DNA of 64,000 nucleotides from Candidatus Marinacidobacterales bacterium (lineage in GTDB: Bacteria > Acidobacteriota > Vicinamibacteria > Marinacidobacterales > SMYC01). The number at the start of each line of letters is the position of its first letter. The stretch's first letter is position 1. The notes under the pieces are model-generated. The model had not been told where the DNA came from. It saw only the letters and a program-made list of their open reading frames with translations, and did not search any database. The position numbers and the translations under genes are program-made. Below are positions 10,316 through 20,555 of this stretch, piece by piece. The DNA lies in NCBI GenBank assembly GCA_965250115.1, contig CBDFNJ010000002.1:3841227-3905226 (forward strand). The letters are read 5' to 3'.

Positions 10316-11580
10316 TGCTCCTGGAGTAGAGGCAGATCTCGGGAAAGCTCTCCGATGCCCCGATGGACCTCGACGAGCTCTCCGCACTCGTACTCCCCCC
10401 ACATCACATCCTCGAGAGTACGGGTGACGACGCTACGGTAGTCTCTGATGATGCGCTCCTCCATGACGGTAAGGGCCGCGTCGAGCGTCTTCGTCCGCGC
10501 GTTGCGACTGTAGAGCGCGCAACAGTCTTTGTAGGGCTCGATCGAGATCTCGTAAGTGCCGATCTGCTTCGCGAGGTCCATGATCTCCTGCTTGCCGAGG
10601 CCCACCAGCGGTCTCAGCAAGGGCGCGTCGATGGATTTGGCACTGGCGATGAGATTCTCGAGCGTCTGCGAGGCAACCTGCCCCAGGCTGTCGCCCGTGA
10701 CCAGGGCCGCGGAGCCGATCTTCAGGCCGAGCTCCTCGGCGACACGAAAAAGAAACCGCCGGAAAAGAACGGGCTCGTAGCCGGTATCGCGACCGCTCAG
10801 CGCCAGGTCGAAATGAGTATAGGGAACGGTGAACAGGCGCGAGCACATCGTGTGGCGGCTGAGTCGGCTCGCGATTCGGCCCACCACCGATTCTGAGAAG
10901 TCGCTCGGTTCTAGGTGCGTCGCGCTCACGTGAAACCAATCGACGATGCAACCACGACGGGCGAGTAGAAAGGACGCGACGGGCGAGTCGATGCCGCCCG
11001 AGAGCAGGCTCAAAACGCGGCCGCTCGTTCCCACCGGCAAGCCGCCAATGCCCTTGCGACGGTCCGAGTAGAAGAACATCCCGTCGGGGTACATGTCGAT
11101 CGAAAAGGTTCGATCGGGGTTCTCGAGTTGTACCCGTTCCCATGGCGTCCGCTCACGGATCGCATTGCCAAGCCAGACCTCCATCTCTGGAGAGCTCATC
11201 GGATAGCGCTTGTCGACGCGATGGGCCCTGATTGCAAAAGCGAGATCTGGTTCGTGGGCCTCCTGCGCCATGGCGACCATCGTGTCCTCGACGAGCTCGC
11301 GATCGAGCGCGCCCTCGACGAGCACTTGTTGACGATCGATCTTCTTCGCGGCCGCGATGGCATCGACGCCGCTCACCCAGGAGAGCGTCTCGAGAGCTTT
11401 CTCGAGCTCTAAAGCCTTCGGCTCGCCCTGAACGTAGAGCCGCGCCCGCGCGGTCTCGACCCGAGAAGGCCAATCCCACGAACGGAGGTAGCGCTTCACG
11501 TTGGAGCGCAACTGATTCCAGAAGTCGCCCTGGTTTCTTCCCTTGAGTGTGATCTCGGGAGATTTGAGAAGAATGTGCAT
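10300..11580 (-). CDS. thiI: tRNA 4-thiouridine(8) synthase ThiI (no rhodanese domain)
   Basis: THUMP region followed by the PP-loop LSLLSGGIDSPVA. Start set to ATG 11580 (MHILLKSPEITLKGRN), the usual ThiI N-terminus. Confidence 0.9.
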   Translation of the reverse strand: MHILLKSPEITLKGRNQGDFWNQLRSNVKRYLRSWDWPSRVETARARLYVQGEPKALELEKALETLSWVSGVDAIAAAKKIDRQQVLVEGALDRELVEDTMVAMAQEAHEPDLAFAIRAHRVDKRYPMSSPEMEVWLGNAIRERTPWERVQLENPDRTFSIDMYPDGMFFYSDRRKGIGGLPVGTSGRVLSLLSGGIDSPVASFLLARRGCIVDWFHVSATHLEPSDFSESVVGRIASRLSRHTMCSRLFTVPYTHFDLALSGRDTGYEPVLFRRFLFRVAEELGLKIGSAALVTGDSLGQVASQTLENLIASAKSIDAPLLRPLVGLGKQEIMDLAKQIGTYEISIEPYKDCCALYSRNARTKTLDAALTVMEERIIRDYRSVVTRTLEDVMWGEYECGELVEVHRGIGELSRDLPLLQEHQSTL

Positions 11581-11733
11581 CGGGAGAAGTCTTGTCTCCA
11601 AGAGTATCCTAACAACGCGCTCGGGTGGAGCAAAGAACGGCCCCACGTGCGACAATAGGGGGTCGCCGGAGATCACTTGTCTGCGGTTGGGGGCCACTTG
11701 GTGGCGCGGTCGGGGAAGTCTTCGGCGACATCT

Positions 11734-13288
11734 TTAGTGCTCATAAGCGAGCCGTCCCGCGGCGTAGGTCTTCCTCACGCGCAGGTCGGAGAGCTCTTCT
11801 CCGGTCACGTCCAACGGATTCCGATCGAGGATCACGAGGTCGGCCCACTTCCCCCGGGTCAAGCTCCCTCGATTGGTCTCGTCCCCACTCGCGAGTGCGC
11901 CCCCCATGGTATAGGCATAGAGGGCCTCTTCCACGGTAATCGCCTCTCGGGGTGCGATCGCGACGCCATCACGGTCGAGCCGTGTGACGGCAGCCTGAAT
12001 CCCTAGAAGCGGGTCGTCGTCGAGAACGACCGGTGCGTCGGAGCTCAGAGCGACAACGAGCCCGGCATCGAGAAGCGAGCGCAGGGGATAGGCGCGTGCG
12101 AGGTAGTCCTCCGTGAGAAAGCGACGGAAGTTCGGACCGAGCTCGCGAATGAAGATCGTTTGCGGGGCGACCATGGCGCCAAGCCGTCTCGCTCGATCGA
12201 TCTGGGCACGATCGAGAAGGCCGAAATGCTCGAGGCGGTTCCCGGTTCCGCCAAGCTGCTCGTAGGCGCTCAGGACGGTGTCGATCGCCCGATCCCCGAT
12301 CGCATGGGTACAAACGCGGAAACCCGCGTCTCGGGACTCACGGCCCAGCTCGACCAGTTCCTCCTCTTCGACCCGGAGGAGACCTCGGGTATCGGCGTGG
12401 CGGTAGGGCCTTCTAAGGGCTGCCGTTGCCCCGGAGAGGCCGCCATCGGCAAAGAGCTTGACCGAGTCGATGCGGAGAAACTCCGAGACGAAGAGCTCGG
12501 GCAATGGATAGGACTTCGTCTCCTCGTCCGCGAGACGCATGCTCATCGCGTTGATACGAACCGTCAAGCGTTTACTCGCCTCGAGCTTGCGATAGGCCGC
12601 AAGAAGCTCCGGGTAGGCTCCTGCTTCGGTCGCGCTCGTAATGCCCTTTTCGAGCTGGGTTCGATTCGCGGCCGAAACCATGTCCGCATAGTCGTCGACA
12701 GAAGGGTCGGGCATGACGGCCTTGGCGAGGTCCATGGCCGTTTCCTGAAGTAGTCCGGTCGGGCGCCCGGCCTCGTCGCGAACGATGACCCCTCCGGTTG
12801 GGTCGGGAGTGTCGGCATGGACGCCGGCAAGCTCCAGCGCGCGGCGATTGACGACCATCATGTGTCCGCAAGTGCGCGTCAAAGCGACGGGCCGATCCCA
12901 AACGACCCTATCCAGATCTCTGGCCGTCGGCTGACGTCCCTCGGTCATGATGGCCTCGTTGTAACCGCGTCCGATGATCCAGGGCTCGTCAGGCAACCCC
13001 GCCGCGCGCTCGCGAAGCGCTCGCCCGAGCGCTTCCAGGCCAGCAACGCCGCGAAGGTCGAGAATACTCGTGAGCAGCTGGCCTAGTTTCCACACGTGGA
13101 CGTGGGCGTCGTTGAAGCCCGGCAAGACCGTGGCCCCCTCGAGATCGATACGCTTGGTCCCACCCGACGCGAGGGGCTCGATATCCTCTCGCGCTCCGAT
13201 CGCTTCGACCCGACCCTCGGCAATGGCGAGCGCCTCGGCCCGAGGCATGGTGCGGTCCTGTGTCAGCAACGTGCCGTTATAGAAAACA
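11734..13288 (-). pseudogene. Amidohydrolase-family (YtcJ-like, Amidohydro_3) gene whose first 5 codons are separated from the body by the ISL3 insertion
   Basis: Body ORF 11734..13269 shows family motifs (LPGFNDAHVHVW, VCTHAIGD, SSDAPV). In frame upstream of the TTG there is VFYNGT up to the IS boundary. The missing ATG-AAG-GTC-GAC-TC lies at 14681..14694 on the other side of the IS. Confidence 0.85.
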
Positions 13289-13312
13289 GGGTTAACGCGG
13301 ATTCATGTGGGT
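13289..13312. repeat. ISL3 left terminal inverted repeat
   Basis: See the IS entry; pairs with 14649-14672. Confidence 0.85.
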
Positions 13313-13412
13313 AAGTTCTGACGGAAAAACAGTGTAACTCATTGTGTGGAAAAGGTATCGAGTACTTCATCAGGTGCTGAAAAGTGGTCCATTTTTAGGA
13401 TAGGCTAACCGA

Positions 13413-14668
13413 GTGAAAAATTCCCAGTCGATCCGCTCGCTGTTTGCGCTGCCAGGTTTCGTGGTTGGTGCCGGATTGAAGGGTCTATTCGGTGACCGAT
13501 ACGCCCGCGTCATCCAGCTCAAGAGGCGAAAAAAACAGCTGTGTGCTCTTACTGTGGGCAACGGTGCCGGGGGCGCTATGACAAGCAAGTGTGCCGGGTC
13601 CGCGACCTGTCGTTGGCAGGCTGGCGGATCTATCTGGAATACGAGCGTTGGCGCGTCAACTGTTCTGGGTGCGGCGGTGTGCATGTAGAACACCTAGACT
13701 GGCTGGCGAACAACTCGCGCTACACCCAGCGTTTTGCGACGCATGTGGGCAAGCTGTGCCGGGATATGCCGAACAAGGCGGTGGCCGAGATGGAACGTCT
13801 GCACCACGGTACGGTGAAGGCTCTGGATACGCTCTACATGCAAGAGCAGGTCGACCGGGCGGGGCTACCGGCGCCTCGGGCCATCGGTGTCGATGAGATC
13901 TCCATCCGCAAGGGACATAACTATCGCGTCATTGTCAGCGACCTGGAGCGGGCGCGTCCCATCTGGGTGGGCGGTGAGGGTCGCAAAGAAACCGACATCG
14001 ATTTGTTCTTCAAGGCGCTGGGCGGAAAGAAAAGCGCCCGTATCAAGCTGGCCGCCATGGATATGTGGAAGCCCTTCCGGAACTCGGCGATTCACAACGC
14101 GCCTAATGCGCGGATCATCTTCGACAAGTTTCATATCATGCGTCATCTGTCAAAGGCCCTCGATGAGGTCCGGCGCGGTGAGTACAAACGCCTCAGCGGC
14201 AAGGACCGGTCGTACATCAAGGGGCAGCGTTACACTTTGCTTTCCCGGCGGGAGAACCTGAGCCTAGACGGTCGCCGCGCACTCAAAAAGTTGCTCCAGG
14301 CCAACCGGCGCCTGAACACCGCCTTTATTTTGAAGGAGGCCTTCGGGCAACTCTGGGATTACCGCACCGAACGCGGCGCTCGCGCCTTTTTCACTCGTTG
14401 GAAAGACAGCCTCAAATGGCAACGCCTGCATCCGTACCAGAAGTTCGCCGGTATGATTGAGTCCCATTGGGATGGTATCGCCTCCTACTGTCATCCGGAG
14501 AACAAAGTCAGTCTCGGCCTAGTTGAAGGGGTCAACAACAAAATCCGTGTTCTGCAACGACGCGCCTACGGCTATCGCGACGAGGAATATCTCAAGCTGA
14601 AGATCGTGGCGGCTTTCCTTCCGCCATTACCCAGAAATGCAGTTTTCAACCCACACGAATCCGCGTAG
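13413..14668 (+). CDS. ISL3-family transposase, encoded in two frames joined at an A7 run (13529-13535)
   Basis: Frame 0 (13413-) gives SIRSLFALPGFVVG...VIQLKRRKK. The -1 frame (ORF 13541..14668) gives CSYCGQRC..RVRDLSLAG..RWRVNCSGCG followed by the DDE region. Together these reproduce the usual single-ORF ISL3 transposase layout of about 418 aa. Confidence 0.85.
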
Positions 14669-14672
14669 ACCC
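14649..14672. repeat. ISL3 right terminal inverted repeat (contains the transposase stop codon)
   Basis: See the IS entry. Confidence 0.85.
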
Positions 14673-15119
14673 AGAAAACAGAGTCGACCTTCATCCTTCG
14701 TTGCCCGAGCGCTCGGCATGCTCTGGTCGCGTGGCACAAATGCGAATCCCACTCGAGATCTTCCGATCGAACATCAGGTCGTGTGCCTCTCGCTCGAGTG
14801 TCGATAGGCCTGTTTCATGCCGCTCGTCCCCGAGGCTTCCTTCGGGGGTTCGGGAGTGTTCAGCCAGAGATCGCAGCCGGAGGTGAGAAGCTGACCGAGC
14901 TTTATAGGTCGGCATCTCCTCACCGAGACCAACATCCATGGAGAAATAGGCTATAGACGCCTCAGTCAAAGTCTTACTCCCTTTCACAGGCGCGCGAAGC
15001 CCCGAAGCCTAGCACAAGGCTCGTCCGGAGCCAGCCTAGAAACATGCCGACATAACAGGTAGAATTGAAGGAGCATCTAGTCAACCTCGATTCCCACTCG
15101 GCTCGAAAAGGACACACCG

Positions 15120-15584
15120 ATGGAGCTCTATCTCATTAGGCACGGTGACACGGATCCGAACGCTCCAGATACCGATGGAGGCTCGGCTCTGACGGAGAAC
15201 GGCCTCGCGCAGGTTCGCAAGTGCGCCAACTTCGCGGCACGTCTCGGCGTCCGCGTCGCTGAGATCCGCCACTCGGACCGGCGTCGTACGATCCAAACCG
15301 CGCAGGAGTTCGAACGCGCGCTCGGTTGCCCCCGCAAACAGGTCCCGGGCATCGGACCCGACGACGACATCAACCCGCTACGACGTGAGGCCGCGGGGCT
15401 CTAGCACAACGTCATGGTGGTGGGGCACTTGCCCTATCTGAACCACATCGCCGGCGCCCTACTGGCGCAGGACGAGAGCATGCCAGTTGTCATGTTCCAT
15501 CCCGCATCACTGATACGGCTCGATCGCCGAGAGGACGCGAGGTGGAGCCTACAGCTGGTCATGCCGACTGGAGTGATGCCGTAA
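15120..15584 (+). pseudogene. sixA: SixA-like phosphohistidine phosphatase interrupted by an in-frame TAG at 15402-15404
   Basis: N-terminal MELYLIRHGDT (RHG motif) in ORF 15120..15404. The same frame after the TAG reads HNVMVVGHLPYLNHIAGALLAQDES...WSLQLVMP up to TAA 15582-15584. That segment is the second catalytic-His part of the SixA/histidine phosphatase fold. Total 154 codons. Confidence 0.75.
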
Positions 15585-15586
15585 GC

Positions 15587-17788
15587 TCATTCCGGAATCC
15601 AGACCCGCAAGGTTCCGTCCGACTGGCCCGCGACTATCAGCGGCTCATCCGGGATCACCACCACGCTCGACATCGCGTCTCCCGAGCCCGCCCACAGCGT
15701 CGTCCGGGGTACCGCCGCTTCCAAATCCCAGAGAATCAAGCTCGAGTCCATCGCGACGCTCGCAAGCTCGCTTCCCAGGGGAAAGTAGGCAATCGAGACG
15801 ACCGCCTTCTTGTGACCGGTCATCACTTTAACCTGCTCACGGCGATTCAGATCGAAGAGGCGAATGATACCGTCGCGCCCCCCCGTGGCAATCTGGTTGC
15901 CGTCGAGAGAGAGAACCATCGCGCTCACCGGAGCGTCGTGACCCCGCAAGGTCGCCGTGAGGCGGCCGCTGCGCGCATCGTGGACACGCAGCACGCGGTT
16001 CATATGACCGGTGACGAGGAGAGCGCCGTCGTGAGAGTAGACGAGCGAGGTCACTCCAGACGGCTGGCGAATGAGCCGTCGTTCGGCCTGTCCTCTGCGA
16101 AGCTGGGCAACGTCCCACATCTTCAAGTTCGAATCGAGCCCAGCCGACGCCAGCGTCTCGCCGTCGGGAGAGAAAGCGAGCTGCCCAATGGAGGCGTCGT
16201 GTCGGAGTTGAGCTTGATTCTCCTTTCCGGTATCCAGATTCCAGACGTGAATCTTCCCGTCGACGTGCCCCGACGCGAGGAAAGCCCCGTCGGGAGAGAA
16301 GGCAAGCGAGGTGACGAGCGCTTCGTGGCCGGCCCGCTGATGGATCGCCGTACGAAAGCTCGCGAGCTTGCGGCGTGACTCAACGTCCCACAGTCGAATC
16401 GAGCCGTCGACGCCGCCCGAGGCCACGAGACCAGGACGGGACCCGGCCGAGAGAACCTGTACACCCGGCGGCTCGCCGAAGACATCGGCCTGCTTGAATG
16501 AACGCTGAGGACGCACGCGGCGGAAGGTTGGGGAACGGATCGAGCCGGTGCGGACGCTCCCGGGCCGCGACGGTTTGTCGAGGAGCTCCTTGAGCTCGAT
16601 CGCGGGCTCGAAGCGGGAATCGATCGCGAGCACGTCTTCAACGATGCGGAGCGCCGCGCTGCGATCTCCTCCCGTGAGCGCCATCCTCGCTTCGTCGACC
16701 CACCTGGCTGCGTCAAAATCTTCATCGGGCGGAGCTTTGTCGTGAACGATCGTCGGTTGCGACTGCATCCGGCGAAGTGCGACCTCGATCTCCTGAACCA
16801 GATCGACGACCGAGGCGTGCGAGGGCTCGAGAGCCTGCGCCCTGCGGGCAGCCTCTAGAGCCCTTTGAGGTTGCCCGCTCGAGAGGAGGTTTTTCGCGAA
16901 CTCGAGATTCGTCGTATAGCCTCGCGCCCGCGCCTCGTTCGAGACCTCTATCGTCGTGACCGGGTTGCCCATGATCTTCTCGATCGTGCGCGCCATGCGC
17001 GCAAGGTCGCGAAACCGTTTGTCCGGATCCTTCATCAAGGCGCGCTGAACAACGAGAGGAAGCTTCGCCGGTAAACCGAGTACTCTTGCGTCGAGGTGTG
17101 GCGGCGGCGCATGGACGATCTGATATACGAGGCTTGGAACCGTCGTCGCGGCAAAGGGCCGCTCGCCGGTCAACATCTCGAAGAGGATCACGCCGACAGC
17201 CCACATGTCAGCACGATGATCGGGCTCCTCGCTGGAGATCTGCTCCGGAGCCATGTAGTTGGGCGTGCCCATCACGAGTCCCGTCTTTGTCTTGATGGTC
17301 GATCCTTCGACATTGGCAATGCCGAAGTCGAGCACCTTCGCCGTCCCATTGGGTAGCACTTGGATGTTTCCCGGCTTGACGTCCCGATGGATGACGCCGC
17401 GCTTGTGGGCGAAATCGAGGCCGCGACAGATTTGCGTCACGATATCGATCTTGTCCTCAAGGCGCTCCGGTTTGCCCTGCTCCATGAGCTCGGCGAGGCT
17501 CGTCCCCTCGAGTAGCTCCATGACGATGTAGGGCACGCCACCGCCGTCGATCTCTCCGAAGTCGAAGATGGTGACGATGTTGGGATGTTGAAGACCAGCC
17601 GCCGATTTGGCCTCGCGGTTGAAGCGAAACCGCATCTCCTCCTCAATGAGGAGTTCCTCGGACATCATCTCCACGGCGACGAGACGGTCGAGAACGGGGT
17701 CACGGGCTTTGTAGACCGTCCCCATGGCGCCCCGGCCCAATTCGCTGAGGATGACGTATTTGCCGATCTTACTGGGTACGGAAGACAT
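15587..17788 (-). CDS. Ser/Thr protein kinase with TPR-like linker and C-terminal WD40 beta-propeller
   Basis: Hanks kinase motifs (GRGAMGTVYKA, HRDVKPGNI, DFG, APE). The C-terminal part carries repeated WD-type units (e.g. ...IRLWD, ...IHVWN, ...LKMWD, ...LRVHD, ...IRLFD, ...LILWD, ...LRVW). Confidence 0.95.
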   Translation of the reverse strand: MSSVPSKIGKYVILSELGRGAMGTVYKARDPVLDRLVAVEMMSEELLIEEEMRFRFNREAKSAAGLQHPNIVTIFDFGEIDGGGVPYIVMELLEGTSLAELMEQGKPERLEDKIDIVTQICRGLDFAHKRGVIHRDVKPGNIQVLPNGTAKVLDFGIANVEGSTIKTKTGLVMGTPNYMAPEQISSEEPDHRADMWAVGVILFEMLTGERPFAATTVPSLVYQIVHAPPPHLDARVLGLPAKLPLVVQRALMKDPDKRFRDLARMARTIEKIMGNPVTTIEVSNEARARGYTTNLEFAKNLLSSGQPQRALEAARRAQALEPSHASVVDLVQEIEVALRRMQSQPTIVHDKAPPDEDFDAARWVDEARMALTGGDRSAALRIVEDVLAIDSRFEPAIELKELLDKPSRPGSVRTGSIRSPTFRRVRPQRSFKQADVFGEPPGVQVLSAGSRPGLVASGGVDGSIRLWDVESRRKLASFRTAIHQRAGHEALVTSLAFSPDGAFLASGHVDGKIHVWNLDTGKENQAQLRHDASIGQLAFSPDGETLASAGLDSNLKMWDVAQLRRGQAERRLIRQPSGVTSLVYSHDGALLVTGHMNRVLRVHDARSGRLTATLRGHDAPVSAMVLSLDGNQIATGGRDGIIRLFDLNRREQVKVMTGHKKAVVSIAYFPLGSELASVAMDSSLILWDLEAAVPRTTLWAGSGDAMSSVVVIPDEPLIVAGQSDGTLRVWIPE

Positions 17789-17987
17789 AAGCTTGATAGC
17801 GATTCAGGTTTGTGGCGCGAGCGGCCCCCCAAGGCAACATTATTGTATCACCGGCTCCGCGGAGACACCTTGGCGGACAGCAGGGGCAGGAGGCCTTCGT
17901 GGGAAACAAAGATCAATGGTTTCAACAAGTTCCGCACGGAGATGGAACGAGGCAATCCGAGCGGAGCCTGGACCAGATTTCTAGGAG

Positions 17988-19007
17988 CTAGCGGCCCGCG
18001 CGCTTTTGGTAGGCCTCGGTCTCGTAGACCTCGGGGTTGACGCAATGCGGCGCCTTCTCGAGTCTCGAGTGGGCGACAGCGTTCTCCGCGCAGACCGTCG
18101 CCATCTTGTTCCTCGTGTCGCGACTGGCGCTCGCCATGTGCGGGACGATAACGGCGTTGTCGAGCTCGGCGAGGCCTTCGGCCATCTTGGGCTCTTCCTC
18201 GAAGACGTCGAGGCCCGCGCCCGCGATCTGGCCCGACTTCAGAGCTGCAACGAGCGCTTTCTCGTCGACGATGGGTCCACGGGCCGTATTGATCAAGAAC
18301 GCGGTGGGTTTCATCTTCGCGAAGGCCTCCGTCCCCATGAGGTGGTGCGTCGAGGGGTTGAGGTCCGTGTGGAGACTCACGAAGTCGCTCTCGGCGAGGA
18401 GCTGGTCCATTTCGACGTAGTCGACGCCGTCGGTCTTTTCGATGATGTGGCGGATGGGCGGATCGTAGGCGAGCACCCGCATGTCGAAGCCCGCCGAGCG
18501 GCGAAAGACGGTCTGGCCGATGCGGCCAAAGCCAACGATCCCGAGGGTCTTTTTCCTGCCGTCGCCGCCGGGGCTCACGTCCGCGCCGAGAAAGAGGCTC
18601 GGGCCCCAGATCTTGTAGCTGCCCGCCCGCATGTAGCGATCGGCGGGCACGATCATCCTCGCGACGGACATGATGAGCGCCCACGTAAGGTCAGCGCTCG
18701 TATCGGTGAGCACACCCGGTGTGTTGGTGACGGGAAGGCCCAAGTCCGTCGCGGCCTCGACGTCGATATTGTTGTACCCGACGGCGAAGTTGGCAAGGCC
18801 TCTCAGCCTAATGCCGGCCACCATCACCTCTCTATCGATTTTCTCGGTGAGAAGCGAGACGAGAACGTCCGCGTCCCGGACCCCTTGGAGCACTTTCTCG
18901 CGCGGGACGACTTCGTCCTCGATCTCGGTAGCGAAATGGAGCTCGCCGGCCGACCTCAGGATGGCAAGACCAGCCTCCGGTATTTTGCGCGTTGCGAATA
19001 TCTTCAC
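17988..19007 (-). CDS. D-isomer-specific 2-hydroxyacid dehydrogenase (glyoxylate/hydroxypyruvate reductase-like)
   Basis: NAD motif GIVGFGRIGQTV and catalytic region NTARGPIVDE...PHMASAS. GTG start. Confidence 0.9.
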   Translation of the reverse strand: MKIFATRKIPEAGLAILRSAGELHFATEIEDEVVPREKVLQGVRDADVLVSLLTEKIDREVMVAGIRLRGLANFAVGYNNIDVEAATDLGLPVTNTPGVLTDTSADLTWALIMSVARMIVPADRYMRAGSYKIWGPSLFLGADVSPGGDGRKKTLGIVGFGRIGQTVFRRSAGFDMRVLAYDPPIRHIIEKTDGVDYVEMDQLLAESDFVSLHTDLNPSTHHLMGTEAFAKMKPTAFLINTARGPIVDEKALVAALKSGQIAGAGLDVFEEEPKMAEGLAELDNAVIVPHMASASRDTRNKMATVCAENAVAHSRLEKAPHCVNPEVYETEAYQKRAGR

Positions 19008-19010
19008 GTT

Positions 19011-20312
19011 TCAAACTCCCAGCGCTTCCGAGTCCTCGGTGAACTTTCGGAACCCGGCTTTGTCTCCTCCACCTTCGCGGATCCGGGCAATGCCTGCTTT
19101 TATGGTGTCGAGATCCGTGGCATAGGACAGTCGAAGGAAGTGCTGTCCCTCACTCTTCTGTACGCCGAAACTCCTCCGGTCCACGAGCGCGACTCCGTGA
19201 TAGTAGAGCAGGAATCGCATCAAGATCGTCGCCGGGCTCGTCTTTTTCTTGCGCTCTTCCGAAAGGCCGGAAAAGAAGTGGTGAATTCCGAGCTCACCGC
19301 AGACGCCGTCCACATTGGGAAAAACGTAGAAGGCGCCGAGCGGGTTGCGACAGCGCACCCCGGGAATGTCATTCAGGGCCGGAACGACGTAGTCACGCCG
19401 TTTCTTGAATTCCGAGACCATGTGGTCGATGACCGCTGCGCTCTTGGGACTCTCGAGCCCCTCGCGAGCAGCCTCCTGAATGAAGGGCGGTACGCAACTC
19501 ACGATATTGATATTGAGCTGTTTGAACAGAGCGGCCTCTTCCACGGTGGGCAAGACGCACCAGCCGAGACGCCAGCCCGTCATGGCGAAGCCCTTTGAGT
19601 GACCGCTCGCGATGATGGTGCGCTCTCTCATGCCCGGCGCGGAGGCAATCGAGAAATGTTGGAAGCCATCGAAAGTGATGTGCTCGTAGATCTCGTCGGA
19701 GTAGATGCGAATGTCGGGGCGCGCCTTCCTCTTCACGAGCTCCGCGACGCCCTCGAGAACCTCTCGTGAGAGCACCCCGCCCGTCGGATTCGAGGGCGAG
19801 CAGAGAATGAGTATCTTGGTCTTCTCCGTGAGAAGCGGGTCGAGGTCCTCCGGACTGAAAGCAAAATCGTTCTCTTCTCTCACGATGAGAGGAACGGGCT
19901 TTCCTCCCATGTAGGTCACCCATGACTCGTAGATGGGGAATCCCGGACTTGGATAGATGACCTCGTCCCCGGGATCGACGTAGCTCATCATGCTGTAGCC
20001 AATGGCCGGCTTGCCGCCCGTGAGAACGATGACCTCGGCCGGGTCGACCTCGATGTCCCTCGTTCTCGACAGGTGGGCGGCGACCGCTTGCCGAAGAGGC
20101 AAGATCCCGGCGGGATCAGTGTAGTGCGTGTTTCCTGCCAGAATATTGTCGATACCCACCTGGTTGATGTGAGGGGCGGTGTCGAAGTCGGGCTCACCCA
20201 GCGTGAATCGGATGACCTCGACACCCCGCGCCTGGGCCCTTGCAACGTCTTCGCCAATCCTGAATGCGTTCTCCGTGCCCATGGCTGCGATACGTTTGGC
20301 GAATAGCGACAT
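19011..20312 (-). CDS. PLP-dependent class I/II aminotransferase (aspartate/aromatic type)
   Basis: SPSNPTGG and the PLP-lysine motif SGHSKGFAMTGWRLGW. Confidence 0.9.
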   Translation of the reverse strand: MSLFAKRIAAMGTENAFRIGEDVARAQARGVEVIRFTLGEPDFDTAPHINQVGIDNILAGNTHYTDPAGILPLRQAVAAHLSRTRDIEVDPAEVIVLTGGKPAIGYSMMSYVDPGDEVIYPSPGFPIYESWVTYMGGKPVPLIVREENDFAFSPEDLDPLLTEKTKILILCSPSNPTGGVLSREVLEGVAELVKRKARPDIRIYSDEIYEHITFDGFQHFSIASAPGMRERTIIASGHSKGFAMTGWRLGWCVLPTVEEAALFKQLNINIVSCVPPFIQEAAREGLESPKSAAVIDHMVSEFKKRRDYVVPALNDIPGVRCRNPLGAFYVFPNVDGVCGELGIHHFFSGLSEERKKKTSPATILMRFLLYYHGVALVDRRSFGVQKSEGQHFLRLSYATDLDTIKAGIARIREGGGDKAGFRKFTEDSEALGV

Positions 20313-20555
20313 CGTCTTCTCGTTCCCCTCCGGTCGAAGCGCCCATATTATTGCGATGGAGGTGCTCGCCGCAAGTCATTGCTAGGTAGGCTCTTTCGCG
20401 TTCTCCATGGGAGCGCGCAGACCACTGCCTCATCTCTGTGCAAACTGGAACCGACTCAGTCCCAGAGCGGCGAAGCGCTCCGCATTCCTCAGCTTTTCCA
20501 CAGAAGCTGTGTAAAAGCTATAACGGGGGCGAATCTAAACAACTCGGGGGACCGA

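Larger units (their letters stand above)
13289..14672 (+). mobile_element. Complete ISL3-family insertion sequence (1384 bp) with 24-bp imperfect IRs and an 8-bp target site duplication
   Basis: IRL GGGTTAACGCGGATTCATGTGGGT (13289-13312) versus the reverse complement of IRR GGGTCTACGCGGATTCGTGTGGGT (14649-14672), 21/24 identical. Flanking direct repeat AGAAAACA at 13281-13288 and 14673-14680. Size, IRs and 8-bp DR fit ISL3. Confidence 0.9.

Noticed and set aside
14691-14987. 98-aa minus-strand ORF whose TGA overlaps (ATGA) the original start of the amidohydrolase gene.
   Set aside because: GC3 is only about 60% versus about 75-80% in real genes here, the composition is odd, and I recognise no motif. 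The ATGA overlap is suggestive, but I cannot support it as a gene.
20313-20555. Promoter-like TTCCAC-17-TATAAC and a CACAG-AAG-CTGTG hairpin upstream of the secreted ORF.
   Set aside because: The -35 matches only 2/6 and the hairpin is tiny, which is not distinguishable from chance.
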